Assembly (NCBI GenBank): GCA_964372555.1
Contig: CAYJQZ010000009.1
Coordinates: 1-16,212 of the forward strand
Direction: 5' to 3'
Source: Candidatus Woesearchaeota archaeon
GTDB taxonomy: Archaea > Nanobdellota > Nanobdellia > SCGC-AAA011-G17 > GW2011-AR18
DNA: 16,212 nt
How positions within the stretch are numbered: position 1 is the stretch's first letter; every line of letters starts with the position of its first letter. The notes beneath the pieces are model-generated. The model saw only the letters and a program-made list of their open reading frames with translations, was not told the DNA's origin and searched no databases. A program made the translations under genes and the position numbers. Shown here in pieces: positions 16,048 through 16,212 of the stretch.

Positions 16048-16203
16048 TTATGAACCGAACCTGAATATATCTTTTAATTTATCTAATATAACTCCTGATT
16101 TTCCTCGAAATAGAAATACAATTCCAATTATTATTATTAAAATTATTAGAGCTAATATTAACTTAATTATGATATCGAGTTCTAAATCTGCTTTTTTGTT
16201 CAT
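16048..16203 (-). CDS. 51-aa pilin-like micro-protein, missed by the ORF track
   Basis: Manual translation: MNKKADLELDIIIKLILALIILIIIIGIVFLFRGKSGVILDKLKDIFRFGS*. 1-nt gap to the next gene. An in-frame ATG at 16212 also exists at the window edge. Confidence 0.75.
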   Translation of the reverse strand: MNKKADLELDIIIKLILALIILIIIIGIVFLFRGKSGVILDKLKDIFRFGS

Positions 16204-16212
16204 GCGTTGCAT

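Noticed and set aside
9117-16203. Prophage or toxin-delivery interpretation of the SLT and M15 enzymes (endolysin-like)
   Set aside because: No capsid, tail, portal, terminase or integrase signatures. The enzymes carry pilin-type signals and long ectodomains rather than endolysin architecture. Flanking sequence beyond 16212 could still change this.
1-16212. CRISPR array, transposon ends, tRNA or rRNA
   Set aside because: No regularly spaced repeats, transposase, terminal inverted repeats, or tRNA/rRNA-like segments found by eye. An automated search would be needed for certainty.

Overview
The window looks like a chromosomal segment of an AT-rich DPANN-type archaeon. Clade is inferred from RadA, archaeal EF-1beta, CarS, archaeal RPA-like protein and an archaeal A24 prepilin peptidase; finer placement is not provable here. 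Positions 1-9100 are mostly housekeeping: a pilin-like N-terminus, prepilin peptidase, a degenerate HIT protein, a 275-aa unknown, a Zn-ribbon protein missed by the ORF track plus EF-1beta, an MJ1255-like glycosyltransferase plus CarS, a small protein plus RadA, and an RPA / YdjM-like / PAP2 / GT2 run. Positions 9117-16203 (minus strand) hold the most interesting locus: nine tightly packed genes. Eight start with a class III (type IV pilin-like) signal peptide of the form M..KK(G/A) followed by a hydrophobic helix, and the ninth has an ordinary N-terminal TM anchor. Two of the pilin-like proteins carry C-terminal peptidoglycan-hydrolase-like domains: a GH23/SLT lytic transglycosylase and an M15 VanY/VanX-like DD-peptidase. 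The TM-anchored protein has an SGNH/GDSL esterase-like domain. Working hypothesis: an archaeal pilus or pseudopilus-like, surface-anchored machine for attacking or remodelling (bacterial) peptidoglycan. Two micro-ORFs in this locus (57 and 51 aa) are absent from the supplied ORF track, and several track start sites need correcting.
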